A DNA stretch of 64,000 nucleotides. Origin: Lytechinus pictus. Its lineage: Eukaryota. The DNA lies in contig NC_087251.1 in NCBI RefSeq assembly GCF_037042905.1, forward strand, positions 7,752,001-7,816,000, in the 5' to 3' direction. The notes under the pieces were generated by a model, which saw only the letters and a list, made by a program, of their open reading frames with translations, did not search any database and was not told the origin of the DNA. The position numbers and the translations under genes were made by a program. Positions 1 to 12,500 of this stretch are shown here, piece by piece (the first letter of the stretch is position 1; each line of letters begins with the position of its first letter).

Positions 1-351
1 TTGTTTATCTTTGTTTTTTCGCCAAATTTATAGCAGAAACTTTTGAACCATAATTATACTAAAATTAATTCATTTCTGCAGATGAAAAAAATAATCTTTA
101 CAATGAATAATAGAAAACTCAATTTACATTGACTTTGTACATAAAATCATGTTCTGGAGCAATTTTGGGTCTGACATGCACTTGTATGATGTTGCTTAAT
201 TTTTCGACCGTGTACCCGGGCATTGTAAATTTGGTCTCAAAAGATGCGCAAGACTTTGAAGTATAAAGTCAGTGAGCAGCGCGGTCTAAGAATTTCATGC
301 AGTGGGATGGTCAAAGAAAATGTTGAGGGGGGTTGATTCAAGGTGTTAGGG
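1..351. mobile_element. Right end of a piggyBac-like non-autonomous element
   Basis: Ends ...GTTAGGG followed by TTAA (352-355). The left end would lie outside the window. Confidence 0.35.
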
Positions 352-929
352 TTAAGTCAGAGCTCAAATTTGCAATTTGGGAACGCTCTCCATTAGACGA
401 GTCATAGAAGCAGGACACTCCATGCATCTATGGTGCTTTTCCATTTCTTAAATGCAAAATAACCCATGCCATGACATCACATGTTTTAATTGAAGGTTAA
501 TGACCATGCATGGTTAATGCTGCTTAGCCAAACAGGCACTGTAGCATATCAATGCAAACATCCCATGAACAAGGAAACATGTAACAACACTAAAAAATGT
601 AAACAATTTATCCATGGAAACAATTTGTGTTAACATGCATGGCTTTCAAAAAGTTCAAGGATGACTAATAAAATCTGAATGATACTGCTTCTGGTAATGT
701 GGTTGGCACAAATGGAAAGTCAGTTTACTTTTAAAAATTTTGTGTTTTATTCTCTAAAAAAATGTTCAAAAATAGTAAGGGTTAGGGCCATTGGAGATCA
801 TGGCAGTAGTGCCCCTCTATTGGCCTTGGAGATTTATTGTGCGATTTTTCATTTCATTTTCCACTGTAATGTAGAAATGTACCCTCTACAAAAGTGGTAT
901 GGTAATGCCTCAAAAATATAAGAATTTAA

Positions 930-1531
930 AGGGGAATCCAACCCAAATAAAAACTTGTTTTTATAAGGAAAAGAAAAATCAGACAAGTTGATAGGTGAAA
1001 GTTTGTAACAATATTGGACAAACAACAAGAAAGTTATGAATATTTAAAAGTTATAAATATTGGTAATCACTATACCCATGGAGACTTGAAATTGGCCGCA
1101 TATGGGAAGTCTTAGTGATGTAAGGCAAGGACTACTCTTCCATGTACCGGTACTCCAATACATATTATGGCTAAAATGACAGTTTCCCCAAAAGTTTTAT
1201 TTCAAATTATAGTTTTCTTTCATGAGGACATAAAACAATATACTACCTGGGTTATATTTAGATTACTGCCCCAGGGGAATGGGTACTTATGAGAAAACCA
1301 CAAATCCCTGATAATAAAGTACATGGCCTATGGGAAAATTGTCCTTGCCCCTTGTCATAATTTACTTACTCAGTTGCCAATTTGAAATCTACATAGTATT
1401 AGTGATCTCAATTTTAAAGCAGCTATAACTTTCTTATTGCTTGTCCGATTTCTTTCAAACTTTCACCATTCTGTTTAATTTATTTTTCTCCTTCCCAACA
1501 CAACATTTTATAGCCAAGGCTGGATTCCCCT
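930..1531. mobile_element. Kolobok/T2-like MITE
   Basis: TTAA|AGGGGAATCCA...TGGATTCCCCT|TTAA, with further subterminal inverted similarity. Confidence 0.8.
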
Positions 1532-1669
1532 TTAAGGCCTGTTCAAGTTCATGTAGATACATACTTTCATTTTTTTATCTTAGCAATGGAGCTTGAAAAG
1601 TAAATACACAGCATTACAAACTGTCCTTACCATCCTCCTCCAATATTCATTCCACTTAATAAAGCCCCG

Positions 1670-1839
1670 GTGGCCGTTTCATAAAGCTGTTCGTAAGTTA
1701 AGAGCAACTTTAAGAACGACTGGTGATCCTTTCTTGTGGAAAATGGTATATTCATTGGCGATGGTCAAGCGGGAAGAAAGGATCACCAGTTGTTCTTAAA
1801 GTTGCTCTTATCTTACGAACAGCTTTATGAAACGGCTCC
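1670..1839. mobile_element. PIF/Harbinger-like MITE (about 170 bp), copy 1
   Basis: TIRs of about 60 bp (GTTTCATAAAGCTGTTCGTAAG...CTTACGAACAGCTTTATGAAAC) with 3-bp TSD CCG. The same family occurs at 3943 and 45040. Confidence 0.85.
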
Positions 1840-3942
1840 CCGGTCCCACTGCACATATGGATGCAAAGCGGATGTAATACATAAAAAATCTTGCCATCCA
1901 CTGGAAAACGCTATGCATTTGTTGTGTACTCATTACATATGTGTTTCATACATTCTATCCATTGAGCATCCGTCCACTGTGATTTCGTCCGCACAAAAAC
2001 TTCACAAAATATAGAGAACGGATGAACTTTCTGCCGGTAAGATGTAAAACCACAACATCTATGAGCAACAAACATTCCATGTCCGTTAAACGTCCACTGT
2101 ATCCTTTTTGCATCAGCATTCACGCAACTCGGATCTACTGAAGCTGAACAACGGAAAGAGGTCGGAAAGATAAGGTACATGTACATAGAACGTCTATACA
2201 TCGTTAGTAGCATGAAAATAGAAAGGATGTAAAGCATATGCATCTCGAAAATAAAGTATTCAAGCCCCCGGTAACCCCTTCGAAACTGTCATTCACTTTA
2301 ATCCGTAAGGTTTCTGATAAACAACCGTTTAACATCCGCGCTACATACAAGTACCAACGGATGATTAATCTCTCAATTATTCCACTAGATTACAAATATT
2401 CCTCTCATGACTACTCGCTTTGCCCCCCCCCCCTTTTTTCTCTCTATCTCCTCTCCTTTTTCTCTCTCTCTATCTCCTCCCCTATATTATTTTATTTGTG
2501 TGTTCATTTCCAGGTTGAGAAAAAGAGTTCAACCTTGCATAAATCTAGCTGTCAGGACAATTTCCCCTCCATTCCAGCTGACATGGCTGGATACATTGTG
2601 ACACAATTTCCATGAATATTAACATTGAAATTCAAAGGAAGGGTTTGTTGTTTTGTCTTAACATATTTATCTGATATTGTGTGTCACTGTTCAATATCAG
2701 TAATGCTTTTCCGCAAGTACAAGTTCTGTTTAAACACTCTAAATTAATGGACGAAGAATCAAACAGTTATATGTATGCCGGTAGGAAACTTGGCTAGTTT
2801 ATAGAGGAAACGAGATAAGTTAAAGTTGAGCTGTATCTTGTTATTGCATTTATCTAATGCCATTTACAATCCAGAGGATCATTTCAAAAAGGAATTGTCA
2901 GATCTTTAATCTGACAGTCTGTGTTATCTGACTGAACCCATGGTAATAAAGACAGATAGGGCCTGTACCGGTATTCTCAATAAGTTTCAATTATACAACA
3001 GTACAAAACCATGGACTAAGCAGATGTTTGTACATAATTATGCTTATTTATCTCATACACTTAAAAATTATGTGTGCTTTTGACAAAGGGCACCTAATTG
3101 AAGCGTGATGAACAAGTCTGCATAAACCATGGTTTTGTACCATGGTACAATTGAAAACTCTTTGAGAATATGGGCCATACGGTTTTCAGTAAGCCTAGTT
3201 CTCAGCCAATCAAAATCACAGAAATTTGTCAGATAAATGTTGATGAAATGCTCTCCATGACTTTCTGCAATCTTAATCTCATTTACATTACGGGACTACG
3301 GGTCCCTGATTCCATAAAATTAGAACACAAAACTCAAAAGAAGTTCTAAAGAAGATCATTATATAGTTTCCTGATGACAGGTATTTATATGTAAGTCATA
3401 AAAAAGACCACTGTAGTAACAGTATACTCTTTCTCTCCAATGTTTCAATGTACATTATTAAATCATATAAGTATGACTGTACATTGCTCCAGTGAGTATC
3501 AAGGAATAAATATAGTACAGCTTTACCACAATGGCTTATAAAAACTAAATACAATGGCATGAAAGGTATGCTGTATACACTGAATATTCAGGAAGTCCTG
3601 TCAATGATTTTACAAAATTTTTATGACATCTGGACCTTTGAATTTAATTACTTCATGTTGACAGTGTGATAAATCCCAATAAAAATCATGAAAAATAGAC
3701 TGAATTCTCCCATCTCTCAAAGCAAATCATGACATATGTATGCAAAATATCTGGTGTATACAGTACAGTTATATCATGGATCCATTATACATCAACCTTG
3801 GAGTTATCCCTTTTTTCAACAGCTCTATAAATCAACATTGAGATGAAGGCATGATTTACACCAGTGTGGGATATCACACTAAATAAATTGAAATTTTACA
3901 TATAGATAAAAAAAAATAACGTATTCAAAGTGTATTTTCCTG

Positions 3943-4113
3943 GTGGGCATTTCATAAAGCTGTTCGTAAGTTAAGAGCGACTTTAAGAACGACTGGAGAT
4001 CCCTTCTTGTGGAAAATGGTATATTCATTGGCGATGGTTAAGCGCGTATGAAAGGTTCACCAGTCGTTCTTAAAGTTGCTCTTAACTTACGAACAGCTTT
4101 ATGAAACCCCCCC
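3943..4113. mobile_element. PIF/Harbinger-like MITE, copy 2
   Basis: Near-identical to 1670-1839. The left flank is CTG and the right end runs into poly-C. Confidence 0.8.
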
Positions 4114-4570
4114 CCCCCCTTTTGGCTACCTTATATACATGTAGCTCCCATAGAAAAAAAAATATATATACTTTGAATCATATTGGTACACCCATGCTAT
4201 CTGCAATTCATTGAGAACTTAATGCTAGTTTTACCTAGTAAGCTTTTTAGCCCCTTTATGGATTACCGGTATAACCTATTAGTCAAATAACAATAGACCT
4301 TACATTGGTATCTTCTGAAGACTCCTTTCCACATCAGAAATGAACACACCTACTGATTTGTCTTCTCAGAGAACATTTCCATACAGGATATGTACACCAT
4401 GGTAGGAGGGCAGCCAAACTCTTCTCACCTGTGATTCATTTAAAAACAATGGAATGAAGCACATGGAGCAAATGCTACAATATCTGTTTATGATCGATCA
4501 GGTCTTTAAAGTAATCCAGTACAATACTCTCTGGCTAGTGCAATTCATGGAGGTGGAGAAAACGCACCTT

Positions 4571-4730
4571 ATGCCGCAGTCACATTTCCCCTACAGCGGC
4601 TGTACGGAGAGTAAAAACTGCTGTTTTATTCATTCGTATTCAAACCACCTACCCTATTATGTAGCTGGTACAAAAGATGTTAAGCTGTTATCGACTCGCC
4701 GTGTGGCTGCCGTAGGGGACATGTGACATA
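4571..4730. mobile_element. Short degenerate MITE
   Basis: Imperfect inverted repeat of about 33 bp: TCACATTTCCCCTACAGCGGC...GCTGCCGTAGGGGACATGTGA. Confidence 0.55.
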
Positions 4731-5317
4731 AGTTATTTTAGGGTCTTACAACAAATTTCCTTTTAAAAAACTACCATACAGTACATGTATTTGTTCAAGT
4801 TCTTAGACATTTAAATCAAGAAATACATTTTCCAAGCGTCAAAATCTTCATTAAAATGTGTTTTCTTTGGAAAGGATCTGTATTTGTGCTCACTTTATAA
4901 CGAAAGCAATACATGGGTCTTGAGTAATACTATGTTTTACATTACAGCTGTTATGAAACTTAATTCATCAATGATATTGTTCACGAGGATCCTAGGTGCA
5001 AATGATCAGTGTACAAATACAACATTAAGCAAATGTGACAGAACCAATTGACAACTGACCGCAAAGAACTGAACAGAAGTTAATATGGTGCATAGCAATT
5101 ATCAACTTTGCCTCTTGTTGTCAGATGTCAATGATGACAGATGCATAGTCCATCCTCAACAAGAACTATAATCTCATGAATGTAGACTTTTTAAGTTCCT
5201 CATCAGAGAAGCTAGCCTTTCAGCTCCAGACAGACTTTATCTAACAACAGTTTACATGTAATTTTATAATTTTATGTTCATGTTAATCACTCTTTGATTT
5301 CAGATGGCAACTGGAAT

Positions 5318-8300
5318 TCATTCCAAGTCGTCCAATTCCTTCACTGTAGCCCCTGATGAAGAACTCCTTGCTTCACTCAAAGCAGCAATTTTCTGTCAGG
5401 AAAAAAGAGACATACAAAGGATTATAATAAATTGACACAGCCATTAAGTTTTTGGTACAAAGGATGTGTACACCATTTGTTTTTTTTAAATTAATGAAGA
5501 CATTTCTACTGACTGATACAATTTCATTCATAAAAGAGAAGGAATTAAATTATTTTTTACACATGCTGGAACTCAAATAAAGAAGCAAATAGTTTTTTAC
5601 ATCCAATTACAGCCAATCCAGAATACTCAACATGATTTCTCAAACAAAAGGATCAACTCGATGACCAAGTGATTTGATGCTTTATAGGGCAAAAAGTGGA
5701 AAAAGTAATGAAGAACTGGATATAAATTATGTATGCAATTTGTTAAAGCATCAATAAACAAACTTAACAATAATAAAAAATCACAACTGTGGCAATGACA
5801 CAATACAGTTCCATTTTTAATACAAGAAATTAGCTTGACAAACAAAGTTTACCTTGCTGGTCACAGGTAGTTTATGAACCAAGAGCTGGAAGACTGGTGC
5901 CGGTAGAGTCTGATGGAGAACTTGTAATAACTGCTGAGGTTGGCCACATACAGCTACAGCATTACTCAGATGCTCAACCCCATTCTCAAAATCACCTACA
6001 GGAAAACAATCAGATATATCTCAATAATACATTGTACATTCCAATGCATCAACTGGGATTATCATATTAGTTACATGGAAAGCAGCATACATGTATATAA
6101 AACTGAATGGATATATGACCTGGTATATCATTCTTATAGTGTCGTTATGAAACTTCATCACCAACATTGAGAACCTTGTTTTGGGTGCAAAAAAGAATGC
6201 TCATTGTTTTTATGAAAACTACAAAAGCAAGTATTTTTTGCTGACCCCCATAAATACTACCTGCACGTCTGGTAAGCCATATACATTCTATATAGAGTTC
6301 TACTATGTTTTAATGGAACAAAAATGAGCTAGCAAAACTAAATGCCCATCCCCAAAGTTATGCCCATATGACTTCATCCGCCCCAAACTTTGACATATAA
6401 CCCCCCCCCCTCCCCCTCACTCCAACTCTTATGCATTTAGTTTGGGTATCCTGTGGTTATCATGATCTTGGAGATGAAAAAAAAATCTAGTAACAGTAAC
6501 ACATAAGGTTCTCTGTACACAAGCTGAAACGATATTTAAACAAAATAAGGACAAAATCACAAGAAAAAATATTAAGTTTCACTCATAATGTGAGAGGCCA
6601 GTTAATGGCAGGAAAGCATGCATTAAAATTTACATTTTCCCATCAATGATAGCAGGAGCCCCTTCCCCCATAAAACCAAGTAGAATATATGAAATTTGAA
6701 TATATAACTCACTAACCTTCTGCAAGTAATTGCTCTCCACGTTGAACTTGCTGTAAGAAGAAACTCTGAACAGCTTCAGCATCCTTCAAATCTGGAATCT
6801 AAAATACATATATATTTTGTGATGAGCTACGTTTAGGTTACAGGCCTATCGATATCCAATTTAAGGAAAAAATGTGCCATGAACAAATAATCATTATAAT
6901 GAATACTATGAAAATCCAAATTGAATAAATGTTCCTGCAGTCCTCCCTAAAAGAAACACACTAAATACCCCCCCCCCCCAAAAAAAAAAAAAAAAAAAAT
7001 AATAATAATAATAATGAATAAAAATCACTAGATTAATCAATCAAGAGTTTTGGCTGGTGTTATTATGTAAGGGAGTTTTACCATTTATGCATCATTATCG
7101 CAAAGTTTTACCTCTAGTTTTTGTCCCTCTCCTGAACTTCCGCTACTCGTCTTTGAACTTTGCTCTCCTCTCAACCTTCTTCCTGAAATAGAAAAAATAT
7201 GAATTAATCTAATCCATTTTGAATGCTTTGTTTTTATTTTGCAGCTGATATTGCAGCTTTGATTATTTTTTCTAAATTAAAAATAGAGATTGAAAAATGA
7301 AAATTTTCTTTACTTTCTATCAATAGAGGGCATACAAAAAATATGCCCCAAATTCAAGTTTTGAGTGCTCTGGTGAATACAAAAATTATTCCCAAGACAG
7401 TTACTAATGAAAAAAATTTGCAACTGTATGGAAATTAGTATTTTTGGTCACAAAAGTGACGTCACTGTTTATCACCAGGAGCTGGACATAGAGGAACAGA
7501 AGAACCTGCGTCCAGAACTGAACCTTATATAAGCTTATGTAAAAGTGTTATTTTCATGATTTTTTAAAGCGTGTATGGTTGGAACTACCCCTTATCGACC
7601 AACTAATTTTCTAAGCATCCTATCTGCGAAAATATTTATCAGTTTTACCTAGATTTCGTCTAATTTGTGCAGAAAATTGAGCAGATCAGATTCCCATGTT
7701 TCGATCGACGACTCCGAATCTATTCGCGTATATATCGGCGAATAACGAATGCGACGATTTTACATTTGCTCATTTGCACCCTTCTTTTGAAACCGACCAC
7801 CCGCCATACACTTAATTTACGGCCGATTCTTGTCGCGGTGGCGAAATATTTTGACTCTTCCAAATCAGTTCTATAATGTCAACATGCTAAATGATCATCT
7901 TACTTCTTTCATTGTGAGCTCCGGCACATGATTTGACGACTGACGACGGATATTTGCTCTAAAACCTTTTCCTATCGGATTTCTTGCTTTTAAGCAAACT
8001 CCTATCATTTGTTGTTTTAGAGATAATCATACACACAATGAAATGTGTGTAAAATTGTGCCGTGTAACGTCAGTTACCGTGAAAATGCCCATATGATGAA
8101 TAGCTTTAATGGAAACTGACAGTGTCAAAAAATAAAGCATTTGTCCCAAAGAAAAAGAGAAAATAAGCCAAACATTGCCAACCGTATTTCACCACACAGG
8201 GAGTAGTATTATTACACAGAGAACAAGGTTATATCATGGCCCTAGTAGGTCCATGGTTATATTATGACATAACCTTGTTCATAGAATGCAGGGTGACCAG

Positions 8301-8759
8301 ATTTCACAAAATCAAATACGGGACAATCAACAAACAAAGATCAACAAATAAGGCTACACAGTGTTAGACTTGTGAAAAAAATATAAAGAATTGGAAGGGA
8401 GGGTGAACGAAAGAATGAAGGAGAGAAAGAAAAGAGATGAATTTAGAAGAAAGAAAGAAAAAATGAAGGAAAAGTAAAAGAAAGTTAGAATGGAAGAAGG
8501 ATGAAAGAAAGAATAAAAGAGAGAAATAAAGGTTTCCGTCATTCTTTGAAATGAATAAAGGAAAAGAAAGGAAGGGCAGATGAATAAATGTTTGAAAGAC
8601 AAAATATAGGAGAGAAAGGAAAAAAGAAAGTAAGAAAAAAGATGAGGAAAGAAAGAATGAAGGAAAGAAAAATGTTTCTTCATTCTTTGAAAGAAAGAAA
8701 CAAAGAAAGAAAAACAGGAAGGAAGGGAAAGAAGTAGGAAAAATTAAAATAAAGAATGA

Positions 8760-8835
<76 letters not shown>

Positions 8836-11243
8836 GAGGAAAGAATGAAGGGAGGCCAGAATGAAAAGAAAAGAAAGAGAGAAAGGACTAAAAGAAAAGG
8901 AGAGGAAGGGAGAAGGAAGCAAAGAAAAGTTGAAGGAAAGAAAGAATGAAGGAAAATTGTAATAAAGGAAAGTAAGAGAAAGAAGGAAAGCCGAAGAAAA
9001 ATAACAGAGAGAGGGAGAAAGGTTCAGGAAAGAAAGATAGGAAATAGAGATAGATGGAACAACAAAGGGCGAGCAGGAAGGATAGGAGAAGAAAGAAAGA
9101 GGAAAAAAGTTCAAACTTTAAGTAAAGGAACAAAATCCAATCATGTAACAAAAATCATATTCGGTGTTTTTTTATATATATATTTTTAAAATGTTAAAAA
9201 ACTCGAATGTTTTAGAAATGAATAAAATTTCAAAGTGAATCATTGTCAAACTTAAAAATTAGATGAAACATCGCGGCATCATACACAACAAGACTCAAAA
9301 TGAAAGCTGGAATAAGTATAGATCTAGTTATGAAAACTCAATAACTTGTTCCTCCGATTACATCTCCAAATAAGTAATCTGAGAATTCATAATATAATTA
9401 TAAAAATTTCCCGTCGATTTTGTGTTTATTTTGGTGGAAAAACTGTTTATGTGAGATTGTTTGCACTATTGAGAATCTGCTCCGATCATGCCTAGCTAGT
9501 CATGTTATATTAGCCTGCCACACACAGGCAGGAAGCGAGTTTGTTTGCAATGTATATTGGGTTACCAAGAAAATCACTGCAGAACTTGCAAAAGTTTACA
9601 GTTACATGTATTATCGATTTTATTGTTGTCTCTGCTTCGTCTTCTGTTGGTTATTGGATGAAAATTCGTCACTTTTAAATGCATTAACCACATTTTGTTT
9701 AATATTCTAAAATACGGGACGTCTGGTCACCCTGATAGAATGAGTGCACAGCCACAGGCAGGATGGTTGCAGTGACAAGTGCAGAGCTACCAAGTCTCAC
9801 GCATTGTGCGTGAGACTCACGCATCCAGGGTCCGTCTCACGATCTCACGCATGGCACCCATTTTTCTCACGCATTGGGACCCGACAGAAAAAAAAGAGAA
9901 AAAGTAGCATTATTCGCTAGATTATACGCACTGGCCGACTGCCTACGCACGCCGTCGCGTCTACCCCGGCACGTGAGACGAATCGAGAGTGCAGTCAGCG
10001 CACTGCTAGTACTAGACAGCTGGCAGCCGTCTGTTTCGAGGAGTTTTTTAACATTTGTTTATTTTTTAAATTTCTCCTCATACACAGACGGCTCGCTATC
10101 GTGCAGCCACCATTAGGGGACTTACAATGCAAAATCCCCCCGTCGGGGCTCTTCAATTTTTGTCTTTAATGAATCAAACTTTTGAAAATTAACGCGACCG
10201 AAATGCAAATTAATATTCCCTCTTGTTGGCATTAATTGCAAAAAAACAGGGAAAATCAAGTTAAAAGGAACAAAAACAGTGACTTACCTCGGCTGTTGCG
10301 CAACTTTACTGCCATGTTTTATCCGAACTTAATACACATAAACATATGGCCATTGAGTCCCCTGTACAGATCGCGCTAGAACTTCGGTCTCTGTATTTGG
10401 TGAGTGAAGCCAACGGAGTTCAGCTGAACAACCAACATAACAGAGATTGAAGCTTTTGGTCTATGCTAGTACGTGATACGATGAATCGCGTGCGTGCATT
10501 GCATGGTTTTGTAGTATGGATCGATATCATGATGAAGCCCATATCTCGCATGCGCGCGCCTTTTGGAAACGTACAAGTGTAAGTACTGGCTGCGCACGCG
10601 CAGAGATGCCGAGTCATGAAAATCTCACGCATAACATTGTTCTGAACTTGGCATCTCTGCAAGTGAGCAAGTATTTTGTATGACTACGAGTCCTTCAAAA
10701 CTAAAAGTAAGAGGGTCTTACTTACTACCGTCATAAAAAGCATTTTAAAAAAACAAAGAAAATAATAAAACATATTGGACAAGCAATTTTTCTATCGCCT
10801 ATCGGGCAAGCAAATTTTTTCATTATTTGCAAGTGATGAAAAAAAAATTGTGGAGGCCTGATGGAGTGATGGCTGCACATTATTGATGCATGTCTTCTTT
10901 TCTACGGAATCACACACACAGATAAAAATATGCGTAAACAATAAAAGGGAACTGTCACAGTGACTGAGCTGTGCAGTGTGCAGACAATGAAAGCAAGGGT
11001 GGCAATTCTAATGCATGACCGGAATCACCACACACTCAAAGACTGACCGGAAACATCATACCAACTCATCTTCATACAACACACGGTGTAATTGTAACTC
11101 GGTCTCGGGGCCTACTCACGTTCTTTCAGCTTTTGGCGGAATAATGGATCGCTCCTTCTCTTTCGATCGAAATAAATACAGTAACCGATGAATAACGTTC
11201 CCGCCACACCAGCCACAACACCTGCAGTGGTTCTAGATATCAT
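5318..11243 (-). CDS. TOMM20: Mitochondrial import receptor subunit TOM20 (5 coding exons, 164 aa)
   Basis: Minus-strand exons 11243-11120, 7182-7112, 6798-6717, 5995-5853 and 5392-5318, all GT-AG with matching phases (495 nt). Translation: MISRTTAGVVAGVAGTLFIGYCIYFDRKRRSDPLFRQKLKERRR...IPDLKDAEAVQSFFLQQVQRGEQLLAEGDFENGVEHLSNAVAVCGQPQQLLQVLHQTLPAPVFQLL...ELDDLE*. It carries the hallmark Tom20 motifs GYCIYFDRKRRSDP, PDLKDAEAVQxFFL and VCGQPQQLLQVLxQTLP. Confidence 0.97.
8289..9734. mobile_element. Non-autonomous hAT-like element in TOMM20 intron 1
   Basis: TIR CAGGGTGACCAGA...TCTGGTCACCCTG with perfect 8-bp TSD ATAGAATG (8281-8288 / 9735-9742). It contains a purine-rich tract. Confidence 0.88.
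8380..9110 (+). repeat. Purine-rich low-complexity tract with (GAAA)n core at about 8757-8835
   Basis: Nearly all A/G, with a perfect GAAA tandem run. Confidence 0.9.
9782..10659. mobile_element. Non-autonomous TIR element with 6-bp TSD (hAT-like termini)
   Basis: Imperfect TIR CAGAGCTACCAAGT...ACTTGGCATCTCTG, flanked on both sides by CAAGTG, with repeated subterminal TCTCACGC motifs. Confidence 0.75.
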
Positions 11244-11249
11244 TTTGAG

Positions 11250-11445
11250 GAATGTTTTGCACTCCAAGCCAAGGGCAAGGCTGGCTAACGAGCTAGCTGC
11301 AGCGAAATAAAATACCGTACCTAGCTAGCTAGCTATGTACCACGGACGTCACCGGCGCGGCACCGACATCATATATCGTGCCTTGACGTACCGTACGCTG
11401 CCCAATTCTCGCTCACCCTCACAAGCGCGTTGCGCACGCTGCTTA
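11250..11445 (-). promoter_or_regulatory. Putative TOMM20 promoter/5' region
   Basis: CpG-rich stretch directly upstream of the ATG, with CRE-like GACGTCA/TGACGTA, a CCAAT and a GCGCACGC (NRF1-like partial) motif. Confidence 0.45.
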
Positions 11446-12239
11446 TTATGATAATCATTTTAAATTCGTCCCAAATTCCTTATTGTTTAGTATACTCGCA
11501 TAATTAAGCACCCAAGAGGAGACCATTACATGAAAAAACAAAGTGTGGAAAAATAAAATCAATCCCTTAATAAATCGTCGTGAAATACTGCTTTAAATGT
11601 AAAGTAACCCGATAACTGTTTGAACTTCGATCAACTGTACCGCAACTGCACCAAATTACGTTTTTTTTCAATCACTTTAAAAACTCCTAAAAACAGTGAA
11701 AAATGTTATATTCTTATATGATGAATGAAAATGTGAGAGTCGCAGGTGCGGGAGGTCCTGATATGTCGTCATGACAATTTTTTCTAGAATGAATATTTGT
11801 TGTGTGAATGAATTAGCGAGGGCATACCTTGAGATAGCAGCCTGCCCTAACTCCGCTCACCCTGATTGTGTATGATAATCATTGTAAGAGTATAGGGCCT
11901 AAACGGAATCGTCATAATTTTTCAAGTAGACTTTTCTTTAGAATCTGATTTTTTGTGTCATTTCCTCTATTTTGATGGTGCTGAACATGAATCCGCTTGT
12001 TGCCAGTTTCATAAATGCCTCCTTCCGCCGTTGCCATGGCAACTGATTAATATGTTTTTAAAAAAAGTTGATCCCTATATATATGGCACATTACCCTGTC
12101 AATTTAAATGGTCCAATCTATCATTCTTAAGCCTTCCAAATTCAATTTCTAGATATAGGCCTATCAAGTCATCAAAGTATTTGCAAAAGATCCATTGCCA
12201 TGGTAACGGCTTATCTTTCCCGCAGAAAAATACAATTGT

Positions 12240-12500
12240 CTTGATTGCCTGCAGAGACATGCAGGGCGCCGCTTTTTCCGACGGCGCCGCGCGGGCGGCG
12301 TCGTAAACATTGAAATCTTAAAACAGGATAAGTTTGTGAAATGTAATCATAAGTTTGAAATAGGCCTACAGGTTTTTATAGCTATCATGAAACTTCGAAA
12401 TAAGGGATTCAGTGACAATCCTATAGTGAGTTTCAGGTCATGCCACGGTCAAAGGTAATTTAAGGTCAATGACGGAACTTTGGCCAATGACGTTGGGGGC
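12240..12500 (+). repeat. Dispersed repeat, same family as 33935-34280
   Basis: The two copies share GGCGCCGCTTT..C..ACGGCG..CGTC..AACATTG.AATCTTAA, CATGAAACTT and GGTCAAA..CATTTA.GGTCAATGA blocks. Confidence 0.6.

Noticed and set aside
5393..11119. Intronic snoRNA in TOMM20 (human TOMM20 hosts SNORA14B, as recalled)
   Set aside because: I could not identify a convincing H/ACA double hairpin or sequence match by eye. An Infernal/Rfam search would be needed.
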